Shown piece by piece: positions 19,801 through 27,605 of a stretch of DNA of 64,000 bases (position 1 is the stretch's first letter; every line of letters starts with the position of its first letter). Under the pieces are notes generated by a model. It was not told where the DNA came from, did no database searches, and saw only the letters and a list, made by a program, of their open reading frames with translations. The position numbers were made by a program, and so were the translations under genes. This DNA is from Acidimicrobiia bacterium (GTDB lineage Bacteria; Actinomycetota; Acidimicrobiia; Acidimicrobiales; CAIXPF01): positions 1,556 through 65,555 of the forward strand of contig CANJRG010000019.1 of assembly GCA_947476745.1 (NCBI GenBank), written 5' to 3'.

Positions 19801-22800
19801 GTGGACCGGACGAAACAAGGCCCCGCGTCTGCTCCAGACCGTTTCGAACGGTGACGTCGGGATCGAGGCCAAGTTCAACTCGACGCCAACCCAGCGCTTC
19901 AGCGGCCATGGCCTGGTGTTCCAGGCCGACGCCAACAACCTGATCCGCTTCGGGGTCGAGAACACCGGCACGACGACGCGGGCGACGGCCACGGTCATGG
20001 TCAACGGCCAGGCGCAGATGCTGCAGGCCAAGTACCTCGAATCCGGTGTGCCGCAGTACCTGCGGGTGCTCCGTACCGGGAACTCGTGGGTGTTCGGTCG
20101 CTCCTTCGACGGCATCAACTGGATCAACCTGCCGCCGGTGACCTTCTCCCTGGTGGTAAGCGCGGCCGGGGTCTATGCGTTGTCCCACGGCACCCCCGGC
20201 CCGGCGTACACCGCATCGCTCGACTACATCGAGAACTACGCCCAGGCGCCCATCGTCGACGACGCGCCCAGGATGAGCAACGTCATCATCACGCCGAAGG
20301 CCCACCGGGCCGTGGTCTCGTGGACCACCAACGTGCCGGCCACGACCACGGTGCGGCACGGCTCGTCCGCCCTCGTCACGAACACCGTCGAGGACGCCAC
20401 GCTCACGACCAACCACCAGGCCACGGTGGACTTCCTGGCCTGCAACACGCCGTACTACCTGCAGCCGGTCACCGCCGCCGCCGACGGGGTGACGACGGAG
20501 GGCACGGTCACCCTGTTCTCCACCACGACCTGCACCGAGGCGTTCTCCGACGATTTCTCGGGACCGTTGGCCGATCCGCGGTGGATGAGCGCCGACCCGC
20601 TCGGCGACACCTTGACCACCCGAACGGGAACGAACGCGTTGTTCTCGATCCCCGCCGGGGTCGATCACAACCTCTACGCCGGCGCCAACCGGGCCCCGCG
20701 TCTGCGCCAGGACGGCCCCGAGGGGGACTTCTCCGTCGAGGCCAAGTTCGATTCGGTGCTCACCGCCGGCTACCAGATGCAGGGCATAGCCGTGGAACAG
20801 AACACCAACTCGTTCCTGCGGGTGGAGATCCACCATGACGGCACGGGTCCCAAGGCCTATGTCGTCGCGGTGATCGACGGGGTGGCCACCACACTGCTCA
20901 ACCCGGTGACGCTGCCGGCGAGCACGACGCACTATGTGCGCCTCGCCCGGGTCGGCAACGCCTGGACCGTGGGCCACTCGGTGAACGGCACCACGTGGAA
21001 CACCGTTGGCACCTTCAACCTGTCGTTGCGTTCGACCTACCTGTCCCCGTACATCGGCACGACGTCCACCGGTGGTGCGTCGACGCCGGCGTTCGTGGGG
21101 TCGATCGACTACTTCTTCAACACCGCAACCCCGATCGTGCCGGAGGACGGTGGTGCCGGTCCGGACACCACCCCGCCGGTCATGAGCAGCATCGTCGCCA
21201 CCACCAACCCGGCCAATGCGCAGGAGGCGACGGTCACCTGGACCTCGAACGAGCTCGCCTCGAGCCGGGTCGAGTGGGGTCTGACGACCGCTTACAGCCT
21301 GCCGGTGGTGACCGACAACACCGCGGTGCTCACCCACAGCGCCAAGCTCGCGCCCATCTCCTGCGGGAAGACCTACAACTTCCGGGTCGTCGGCAACGAC
21401 GCGGCAGCCAACACCGGTGCGAGCATCAACCAGACCTTTGTCGGTCCGGCATGTCCGGCCGGGCCCGTTTCCGACGACTTCAGCTCGGCGGCGCTCAACC
21501 AGCGCTGGCTGGTGGTGGACAAGGTCGGTGACGGCACGGTCACCCAGTCCGGTGGTCTGCTCAAGCTGAAGGTGCCGGCGGCGTCCCGCCACGATCTGGC
21601 CCCGACCAACAGCAAGGCCCTCCGGGTCCTCGAGGCGATCACCAACACCGATCTCGACGTCGAGGTGGGCTTCGAGTCGGTGGTCAACCTGCCGACCCAG
21701 ATCCAGGGTCTGGTCTTCGAGGCCGACAACGGGAACCTGGTCCGCTTCGACCTGTCCTCGACCGGGACCGAGACCAAGGCCTTTGTCGGCCGCCTGAACG
21801 GTACCGGCTTGGCGCAGCTCGCCTACGTGACGGTGCCGGGCTCGTCGGCGAGCCGGTTGCAAGTGTCCCGCGTCGGTTCGGTGTGGACGTTCGGGCACTC
21901 CTCCGACGGGACTACCTATACGACGATCTATAGCGGCGATCTGGGCACCTTCGCCCCCTCCCGGGTGGGTCCCTTCGCCGGCAACGCCAACGCCGTGCTG
22001 GGCTCGGTTCCGCCGCACACCGCGGTGGTGGACTACTTCTTCAACTCGGCGTCGCCCATTGTTCCCGAGGACGGAGGCTTCGTCGGCGCCCCCGAGTTCG
22101 AGCTGTACAGCGGCTCGTCGATGACGTTCGGCACGGTGGGTCTGACCCAGCCCGACATCAACATCCTCGGGCGGGTCATCGACCCCGACGGGGTGTCGTC
22201 GCTGACCTACAGCATCAACGGCGGTGCGCCGGTCGCCATGGGCGTCGGGCCGGACTCCCGGCGGCTGACCACGCCGGGCGAGTTCAACGCGGCCATCGTG
22301 GCGACCGACCTGCAGGCCGGGCTGAACACGGTGACCCTGCGGGCGGTGGACGCCTATTCGCACACGTCCTCGACGACCGTCGAGGTCACCTGGACGCCGG
22401 GTAACACCTGGCCGATGCCGTACAACGTCGACTGGTCCAACACCGCCAACCTGCTCGACGTCGTGCAGCCGATCGACGGCAAGTGGGCCATCGAGGGCGA
22501 CACGGTGCACAACACCGAGGTCGGCTACGACCGCATCCTCACCCTCGGCGACGACACCTGGAAGTCCTTTGAGGTCACCGTGCCGATCACGGTCAACTCG
22601 GTCGATCCGGCCGGCAACGCACCGCCCAACGGGGGACCGGCCATCGGCTTCATCCCCCACTGGAAGGGCCACATCGACGCCGAGTTCAGCCAGCCCCACT
22701 GGGGGTTCGCCGGCCAGCTCGGCGGCTGCGTGTGGTACCGCTACAAGGCCGACGGCATCAGCGAACGACTCGAGATCCGCGACTCCCAGGCGGTGCTGAC

Positions 22801-25177
22801 CGCGCAGGACCTCAGCGGCAAGACGCTGACGGCAGGGGTCACCTACCTGTTCAAGATGCGGGCCGAGTCCACGATCGGCAACGGGCCGCTCTACCAGCTC
22901 AAGGTGTGGCCGGCGAGCGATCCCGAGCCGACGCGTTGGGACGTGATCAGCCAGCTGCCGCCGGGTGGGCCCGATTCGGGTTCCCTGGTCCTGGTGGCGC
23001 ATTACGTCGACGCCAGCTTCGGTGACATCTCCGTGACCAAGCTGACCGCGGCCATGCCCACCATCAGCCCGGCCGGTGGCACCTTCGCCGGTCTGTCCAA
23101 GGTCACGCTGATCGCGGAGACGCCGGGTTCGGAGATCCGTTACACGCTCGATGGTTCCGCTCCCGGGCCGGATTCGACGCTGTACACCGAGCCGTTCTTC
23201 CTGTCGCAGTCTGCGGTGGTGCGGTCCAAGGCGTTCAAGGTCGGCAACGAGCCGAGCGCCGAGCGTCAGGCCACCTTCACCATCACCGCTGCACCGAACC
23301 GGGTGACGGACTCCCTGCGTGCCCTGTACCACTTCAACGAGGGCGCCGGGACGACGGCGTACGACGGCTCCGGGGTCAGCCCGGCGGCGAACCTGCGGAT
23401 CGAATCCGGCTCGGTGAGCTGGCTGCCGTCCGGTGCGCTGCGTCTGGACTCGGCGTCGGTGATCCGTACCGCCGGGGATGTCGGCAAGATCAGCTCGGCC
23501 GTGGCCGCCAGCGGGGCCTACAGCTTCGAGGCCTGGGTCGAACCGAAGGACCTCCTCCAGGGCCCGTCGGCACTGGTCGGCATCGGCCCGGTCTCCGGGA
23601 CCGAGCGCAATGCCTCGCTGGCCCAGAACGGCGTCGACTACCGCTCGGTGCTGCGGACCGGGACGACCGGACTCAGCGGCGCAGCGCAGAGCGCTCTGGC
23701 TGCGGCGCAGCAGTCGTTGCACCACGTCGTGTTCACCCGGGACTCTTCGGGCAACACCAAGATGTGGATCGACGGGGTGCAGGTCGCCGGCGGCACCCAA
23801 CGTGGGGTGCTGACCAACTGGAACACCGCGTTCCGGCTCGGGGTCGGCGGCATGCCGAACGGTACGGAGTCGTGGCTGGGTGATCTCTACCTCGTAGCGG
23901 TGTACAGCCGGCCGCTCACCCAGAACCAGGTGCTGCAGAACTTCCGGGCCGGCCCGTTCCCGCCGGTGCCCAACACCGCCCCGGTGGTGGCCGCCGGCCC
24001 GGCGGTGTCGATCCCGGTGGGCCAGAACGTCCTACTCGGCGGCACGGTGAGCGACGACGGCTTCCCCAAGCCGCCGAACGCCACCTCCGTCACCTGGTCG
24101 AAGGTGTCGGGTCCGGGCACGGTGACCTTCGCCTCGCCGAATGCCACGGACACACTGGCCTCCTTCTCGGCGGCCGGCTCCTACGTGCTGTGGCTCACCG
24201 CTTCGGACGGCGCACTGAGCAGTTCCGCCACCGTGGCGGTCACAGTCACCGCGGCCATCACCACGGTGCCGAACCCCGTCATCACGCCGGCTGCGGGTAC
24301 GTACTACGGCTCGGTCGCTGTGACGATCTCCAACAGCCTCAGCGGGGCGGAGATCCGCTACACGACCGACGGGTCGGCGGTGACCGGTACCTCGCCCCTC
24401 TACACGGCACCGGTCACCCTCACCTCCTCGGCGACGGTGCGGGCGAAGGCCTTCAAGAGCGGCCTCACCGAGTCGTCGCCGGTCAACGCGGCCTACACGA
24501 TCGCCGCAGTGCCACCCCGGGTGACTGCCGGTCTGGTGGCCTTCTACGACCTCGAAGAGGGCACGGGCGCCACCATCGGGGACACGTCTGGCGTGGGGAC
24601 GGCCGTCGACCTGACCGTGGCCGATCCCACCCGTACCTCCTGGGTCGCCGGAGGTCTGCGGTTCGACCAGGCCACCGTCGCACTGACCCCGGGGAGCGGG
24701 GCCAAGGTGACCGACGCGGTCAAGGCGTCGGGTGCGATGACCGTCGAGGCGTGGATCACCCCGGCGAACGTCACGCAGAGCGGGCCGGCGATGATCGTGA
24801 GCATGGCGGGCAGTTCGGCCAGGAACTGGGCATTGGGACAGACCGGCTCGAGTTACTCGACCAAGTTCCGCACCAGTACCACGACGGCGGACGGTGAGGT
24901 GGCCACCGCCACCCTCGGCGTCACGGCCGCCCGCCAGCACGTCGTCTACACCCGGGATGCGGCCGGTGCGGTCCGGGTCTACCTCAACGGTGCCCTGGTC
25001 ACCTCGCGGACCCTGACCGGCAACCTGTCCGGCTGGGTGTCGACGCAACGGCTCTCCTTCGGCGCCGATCGCGACGGGACCAAGCCGTGGCTGGGAACCA
25101 TCTACACGGTCGGTATCTACAGCCGTGCCCTTTCCGCAGTCGAAGTCAGTCAGAACTTCGCCGCTGGTGAGGCCTGA
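16868..25177 (+). CDS. Giant (2769 aa) secreted multidomain carbohydrate-binding protein
   Basis: It has an RBS and a signal peptide. Approximate domain positions:
- Ig I-set-like domain, about 18221-18470
- DUF2341-like start WWNAGWDFRVPVTV
- three paralogous ConA-like units beginning DDFS. and ending (L/I/V)DY(I/F)(E/F)N, at 19675-20243, 20549-21128 and 21470-22052, interleaved with FN3-like units
- two CHB_HEX_C-like plus LamG modules, at 23053-23960 and 24265-25174. Confidence 0.85.
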   Translation: MATFAARRSALVRHLGMAGLVLAVLSLSLITAAVKSEPAGAGIFFNDVEYTYKEYWASHATFTAGCGEHAVSGSSWYVEPLNCAKSITLNIPDNVQGAIAAVLYVDLWRNGTARSARLNINNGPEIRPERGSQNSRDPYTTPIPLTQLRQGTNTISLQETTGAYHLHDLMVRVYYSPTQPLIAGPGSDVTPPSGSLDLISAGGTNRTPAEGGTLNVDNNQITLSAGANDAAYVEFHGYYDGFDEDNDGQTLDWHNFTRNNWGPGGTLAKATGATIGHIGTDSVAPYQVTWNLPEVKNQSGVKFKVRIVDNAGNVREAPGGVSAPFTLARSYLVENYTIPNFDDAGMFFNGTAPQLATRSITLPSDLSNVSRAYLLGNFWENPGISLNDNTYFRAFTNAEDTWQTSKRELAVNQLKPGVNTIRYSFVPPGFGQLIEKPGPMVVIHRTAPAGSPAITTQPVATVVSQGRQATFTATASGAPDLAYQWRKNEVAIPGATDLSFTTPPLQPADSGSAYSVVVTNGQGSATSSSAKATVLRTGVATGAWWNAGWDFRVPVTVSPGDTARTNKMVEVLLNFTELMRTAGSGGPSFDPNSVRVVEVDGSGNVIDAGVARQVDPAEGYNAATNAKANVIFLMTGTTNPETSRTYHIYFDKTSKNIPAPTVAPLVTVTDNVVDRGFPAYQFNGQGSTWVYHKEGGGFAKLLDAQGIDWIDWTSATGAAGDYRGVPNAVMPGNGGFFHPGRAGAGTSKIVSSGPLKITIETESSDKLWVARWEVYPTYATFSMVRAAKLFWFLYEAVPGGTLDFNGNDVVVRSDGVSVNMAGSWHTDLPGQEWAYVGDKAKGRSFYVAHHQDEGSVESYWLLQNQMPVLGFGRGGNALNESFLDPTVNGQPQTFTVGLVDSTDFSVAGNGIRAAYRPLVLQTGGAEFNGVFTGLRSDDFSSGSLNPMWTIYDPVGDTAVSTTGTDVQLAIPGVGTHDLWTGRNKAPRLLQTVSNGDVGIEAKFNSTPTQRFSGHGLVFQADANNLIRFGVENTGTTTRATATVMVNGQAQMLQAKYLESGVPQYLRVLRTGNSWVFGRSFDGINWINLPPVTFSLVVSAAGVYALSHGTPGPAYTASLDYIENYAQAPIVDDAPRMSNVIITPKAHRAVVSWTTNVPATTTVRHGSSALVTNTVEDATLTTNHQATVDFLACNTPYYLQPVTAAADGVTTEGTVTLFSTTTCTEAFSDDFSGPLADPRWMSADPLGDTLTTRTGTNALFSIPAGVDHNLYAGANRAPRLRQDGPEGDFSVEAKFDSVLTAGYQMQGIAVEQNTNSFLRVEIHHDGTGPKAYVVAVIDGVATTLLNPVTLPASTTHYVRLARVGNAWTVGHSVNGTTWNTVGTFNLSLRSTYLSPYIGTTSTGGASTPAFVGSIDYFFNTATPIVPEDGGAGPDTTPPVMSSIVATTNPANAQEATVTWTSNELASSRVEWGLTTAYSLPVVTDNTAVLTHSAKLAPISCGKTYNFRVVGNDAAANTGASINQTFVGPACPAGPVSDDFSSAALNQRWLVVDKVGDGTVTQSGGLLKLKVPAASRHDLAPTNSKALRVLEAITNTDLDVEVGFESVVNLPTQIQGLVFEADNGNLVRFDLSSTGTETKAFVGRLNGTGLAQLAYVTVPGSSASRLQVSRVGSVWTFGHSSDGTTYTTIYSGDLGTFAPSRVGPFAGNANAVLGSVPPHTAVVDYFFNSASPIVPEDGGFVGAPEFELYSGSSMTFGTVGLTQPDINILGRVIDPDGVSSLTYSINGGAPVAMGVGPDSRRLTTPGEFNAAIVATDLQAGLNTVTLRAVDAYSHTSSTTVEVTWTPGNTWPMPYNVDWSNTANLLDVVQPIDGKWAIEGDTVHNTEVGYDRILTLGDDTWKSFEVTVPITVNSVDPAGNAPPNGGPAIGFIPHWKGHIDAEFSQPHWGFAGQLGGCVWYRYKADGISERLEIRDSQAVLTAQDLSGKTLTAGVTYLFKMRAESTIGNGPLYQLKVWPASDPEPTRWDVISQLPPGGPDSGSLVLVAHYVDASFGDISVTKLTAAMPTISPAGGTFAGLSKVTLIAETPGSEIRYTLDGSAPGPDSTLYTEPFFLSQSAVVRSKAFKVGNEPSAERQATFTITAAPNRVTDSLRALYHFNEGAGTTAYDGSGVSPAANLRIESGSVSWLPSGALRLDSASVIRTAGDVGKISSAVAASGAYSFEAWVEPKDLLQGPSALVGIGPVSGTERNASLAQNGVDYRSVLRTGTTGLSGAAQSALAAAQQSLHHVVFTRDSSGNTKMWIDGVQVAGGTQRGVLTNWNTAFRLGVGGMPNGTESWLGDLYLVAVYSRPLTQNQVLQNFRAGPFPPVPNTAPVVAAGPAVSIPVGQNVLLGGTVSDDGFPKPPNATSVTWSKVSGPGTVTFASPNATDTLASFSAAGSYVLWLTASDGALSSSATVAVTVTAAITTVPNPVITPAAGTYYGSVAVTISNSLSGAEIRYTTDGSAVTGTSPLYTAPVTLTSSATVRAKAFKSGLTESSPVNAAYTIAAVPPRVTAGLVAFYDLEEGTGATIGDTSGVGTAVDLTVADPTRTSWVAGGLRFDQATVALTPGSGAKVTDAVKASGAMTVEAWITPANVTQSGPAMIVSMAGSSARNWALGQTGSSYSTKFRTSTTTADGEVATATLGVTAARQHVVYTRDAAGAVRVYLNGALVTSRTLTGNLSGWVSTQRLSFGADRDGTKPWLGTIYTVGIYSRALSAVEVSQNFAAGEA

Positions 25178-25272
25178 CGGCGACGGTGCGCGGCGGGTCG
25201 GCCCGATCGGGCCGGTCCCGCCGCCACCTCGTCCGTCACCGAGCCGGCGTGAGATTCAGAGAGTGGGTAATC

Positions 25273-26721
25273 GTGGACATAGCGGAACTTCGCTACATCC
25301 TGAGTCGTTATGCGCCGATCGGCATCGCCACGTTCGCCGTGTGCATGCTCTTGGGTATGGCTGCGGCGTACGTGCCGGCACGGACCTATCAGACCCATGC
25401 GACCGTGACCATCGAGCCGGGAGGCCCGTCCGGGCCGACCACGCCGACCACCGCCTCGATTAGCCAGGTGAACTTCTCCCTCCTGGCGTTGCAGGAGAGG
25501 GCCTCGGCCGAGACCCTCAAGACCGCCGCCGCCGAGGACGTGCCGGTGGAGTTGCGGGATGAGCAGGTGCGGGTCGCGGCGGTGGTCGAGACCAGCGTGC
25601 TCAAGATCACCGGCACGGGCCATTCGCCGGAGGCCGTCGCCGCCTACGTGAACGCCATGGCGCAACGACTCGCCGGGGCGACCGTCCCGCTGGTCGTGGT
25701 GCGGCTCACCGTGCTCGATCCCGCACCGGTACCGATCCAGGCAATCTCGCCGAATGTGAAGGCGACCCTGCTCGCAGCAGCCGTGTTCGGTTTGCTCAGT
25801 GCGGTGTTCGTGTGCCTGCTGGTGCGCAAGGTGCGGGCCGCCTCCGACCCCGAGACCGTGGTCCGCGAGCGGTTCGGAGCTCCGGTGCTCGGTGAGATCC
25901 CGCGGCTGGGCGCGCTGCGCCGCGGTCGCAGTGACGTCGTGTCGATGCTGGATTCCGGTGCACCCGCAGAGCTGCGGGTGGCGTTCGAACAGGTTCGGAC
26001 GAACCTGGAGATCCGCCTGGCGCAGCTGCGCGGTACGGGCCTGGCGGTGGTCGCCGCCGAAGCCGGCGTCGGGTGTTCGACGGTTGCCGCGGGTCTTGGC
26101 TACTCGTTTGCGTCGGTGGGCCGCGACGTCGTGCTGATCGACTCCGACCTCCGTGTCCCGAGCCTGGCCAAGGTGTTCGGGGTGCCCGACGACCACGGGC
26201 TCGGGGCCCGCGCCGCGGTGGGCGGATCGCCCAGGACGCAGGCCACCCGGTACGCCGGTCTGCGGGTGTTGCCCGCCGGGGAGCTGTCCGGTCGTGCCGC
26301 CGACGTGGTCAGCGCCAGCCTTCCCCGTGCCGTCGAGGAGTTGCGCGACGACGCACGGCTGCTGTTGATCGACACGCCCCCGCAGCGGGAGGCGCCCGAG
26401 GCGGCGTTGGCCGCCGCGCTGGCCGGGGCGGTGGTGCTGGTGGTCGGTCCGAAGCCGGTCGATCAACTCGACGCGGCGTCGACGATCCGGCGCCTCGAGG
26501 AGTCGGGCGCGGTCCTGCTCGGTGTGGTGGTCAACGGCGTCTCGCTGCGCCGGTTCCGGCGCGCCCACCGGGTCCGCCGGCCCGAGATCGCACGGAGCAC
26601 GGTGTCCGTCGACGAGCTCGAGCGGCGCCTGGCCGACGTCAACGATCTCACCGACGACGCCGCGAAAGGCGACGGCAGCGGAGAGCAGACCAGCCTGAGC
26701 GGTCTGACTCGTCATCGCTGA
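25273..26721 (+). CDS. Polysaccharide co-polymerase (Wzz-like N-terminus) fused to a BY-kinase/MinD-like P-loop domain with degenerate Walker A
   Basis: It has an N-terminal TM plus periplasmic domain, a second TM, and then AAEAGVGCST (Walker A lacking Lys), VLIDSDLR (Walker A') and LLLIDTPP (Walker B). The GTG start at 25273 is inferred; the ORF is open from 25186. Confidence 0.7.
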   Translation: MDIAELRYILSRYAPIGIATFAVCMLLGMAAAYVPARTYQTHATVTIEPGGPSGPTTPTTASISQVNFSLLALQERASAETLKTAAAEDVPVELRDEQVRVAAVVETSVLKITGTGHSPEAVAAYVNAMAQRLAGATVPLVVVRLTVLDPAPVPIQAISPNVKATLLAAAVFGLLSAVFVCLLVRKVRAASDPETVVRERFGAPVLGEIPRLGALRRGRSDVVSMLDSGAPAELRVAFEQVRTNLEIRLAQLRGTGLAVVAAEAGVGCSTVAAGLGYSFASVGRDVVLIDSDLRVPSLAKVFGVPDDHGLGARAAVGGSPRTQATRYAGLRVLPAGELSGRAADVVSASLPRAVEELRDDARLLLIDTPPQREAPEAALAAALAGAVVLVVGPKPVDQLDAASTIRRLEESGAVLLGVVVNGVSLRRFRRAHRVRRPEIARSTVSVDELERRLADVNDLTDDAAKGDGSGEQTSLSGLTRHR

Positions 26722-26918
26722 TGGTCGCGGCGCCGGGCCCACCTTCGCTGAGCGGCGGCGGCGGTCCGCCAGTGCTCGGCCGACGCGGCTGATCGTCGCG
26801 ATCGCCGGCTGGTCTGGCCGCGGTCCATCGCGATCGCCGTAGGCCCCGTCGGCCTTCCGGTCGACCCGGCTCGCTCGCACAATGCCGGCTCGGGTCGAGG
26901 CCGGATACGCAGTCGCGT

Positions 26919-27078
26919 GCGGGGCCCTCGTGCGTGTCGCGGCCCGGTTCGTGGTAGCGCGCACACCTCGGCCGTATCGCAGCCCGGTTCTCGGTAACGC
27001 GCACACCTCGGCCGTATCGCAGCCCGGTTCTCGGTGGCGCGCACGCAGCTTGGCGGTGTCGGGGCCCGGTCCCGGCTC
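26919..27078. repeat. Four tandem 40-bp repeats (two central copies nearly identical, outer copies degenerate) directly upstream of the Rrf2 gene
   Basis: GCGCACACCTCGGCCGTATCGCAGCCCGGTTCTCGGT(AAC/GGC) occurs at 26959-26998 and 26999-27038. Diverged copies flank it on both sides. Confidence 0.8.
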
Positions 27079-27086
27079 GTGGCAGG

Positions 27087-27554
27087 ATGCATGCCATGCA
27101 GGTGACGGCGCGGGTCGACTACGCGGTACGGACGTTGCTCGAGCTCGCTGCTCGACCCGGTGAACGTCTGACCCGGGACGAGATCGCCGGGGCCCAGGAC
27201 ATTCCCCGTCGGTACCTCGAGGTGGTGCTGAGCCAGCTGCGCATCACCGGGCTGGTCACCGGCCAGCGCGGTGCCTCGGGCGGCTACACCCTGGGTCGAC
27301 CGGCCGCTCAGATCTCGGTGGCCGAGGTCACCCGGGCGGTCGACGGGCCGCTGACGCTGGTCCAGGGACAGCGCCCCGAGGAAGTGTCCTACTCGGGGCC
27401 GAGTGTGCACCTGCCCGAGCTGTGGATCGGGCTTCGGGCGTCGCTGCGAGCGGTTCTGGAGTCGGTGACGATCGAGGACCTACTCACCGGTCGCCTTCCG
27501 GCGGCGGTGCAGGTCCTCGTGGATGATCCCGATGCCTGGGCTCCGCGGCGTTGA
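27087..27554 (+). CDS. Rrf2 family transcriptional regulator (no cysteines)
   Basis: RVDYAVRTLLELA ... IPRRYLEVVLSQLRITGLVTGQRGASGGYTL is the Rrf2 winged-helix signature. An alternative ATG is at 27096. Confidence 0.85.
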   Translation: MHAMQVTARVDYAVRTLLELAARPGERLTRDEIAGAQDIPRRYLEVVLSQLRITGLVTGQRGASGGYTLGRPAAQISVAEVTRAVDGPLTLVQGQRPEEVSYSGPSVHLPELWIGLRASLRAVLESVTIEDLLTGRLPAAVQVLVDDPDAWAPRR

Positions 27555-27605
27555 CCGCCGGCCTGGTACCGGCTGAGAGCCGGCCGGTTGCCGTAGGGCG
27601 TTCGA

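Noticed and set aside
16835-23800. 2321-aa ORF on the minus strand, antisense to the giant gene
   Set aside because: The translation is low-complexity and rich in Arg/Gly/Pro/Asp/Val, with no domain-like or hydrophobic-core patterning. It mirrors a plus-strand ORF with clear domains, an RBS and a signal peptide. This is a typical stop-codon-poor shadow ORF in GC-rich DNA.
26790-26845. Two GCGATCGC (HIP1-like) palindromes about 33 bp apart downstream of the co-polymerase gene
   Set aside because: Two occurrences of a GC-rich 8-mer in GC-rich DNA are not distinguishable from chance, and no associated structure or gene is present.
26919-27078. Possible CRISPR array (40-bp repeats)
   Set aside because: The repeats are directly abutting with no unique spacers, only four copies are present, the outer copies are degenerate, and no cas genes are nearby. 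It is a tandem repeat, not CRISPR.
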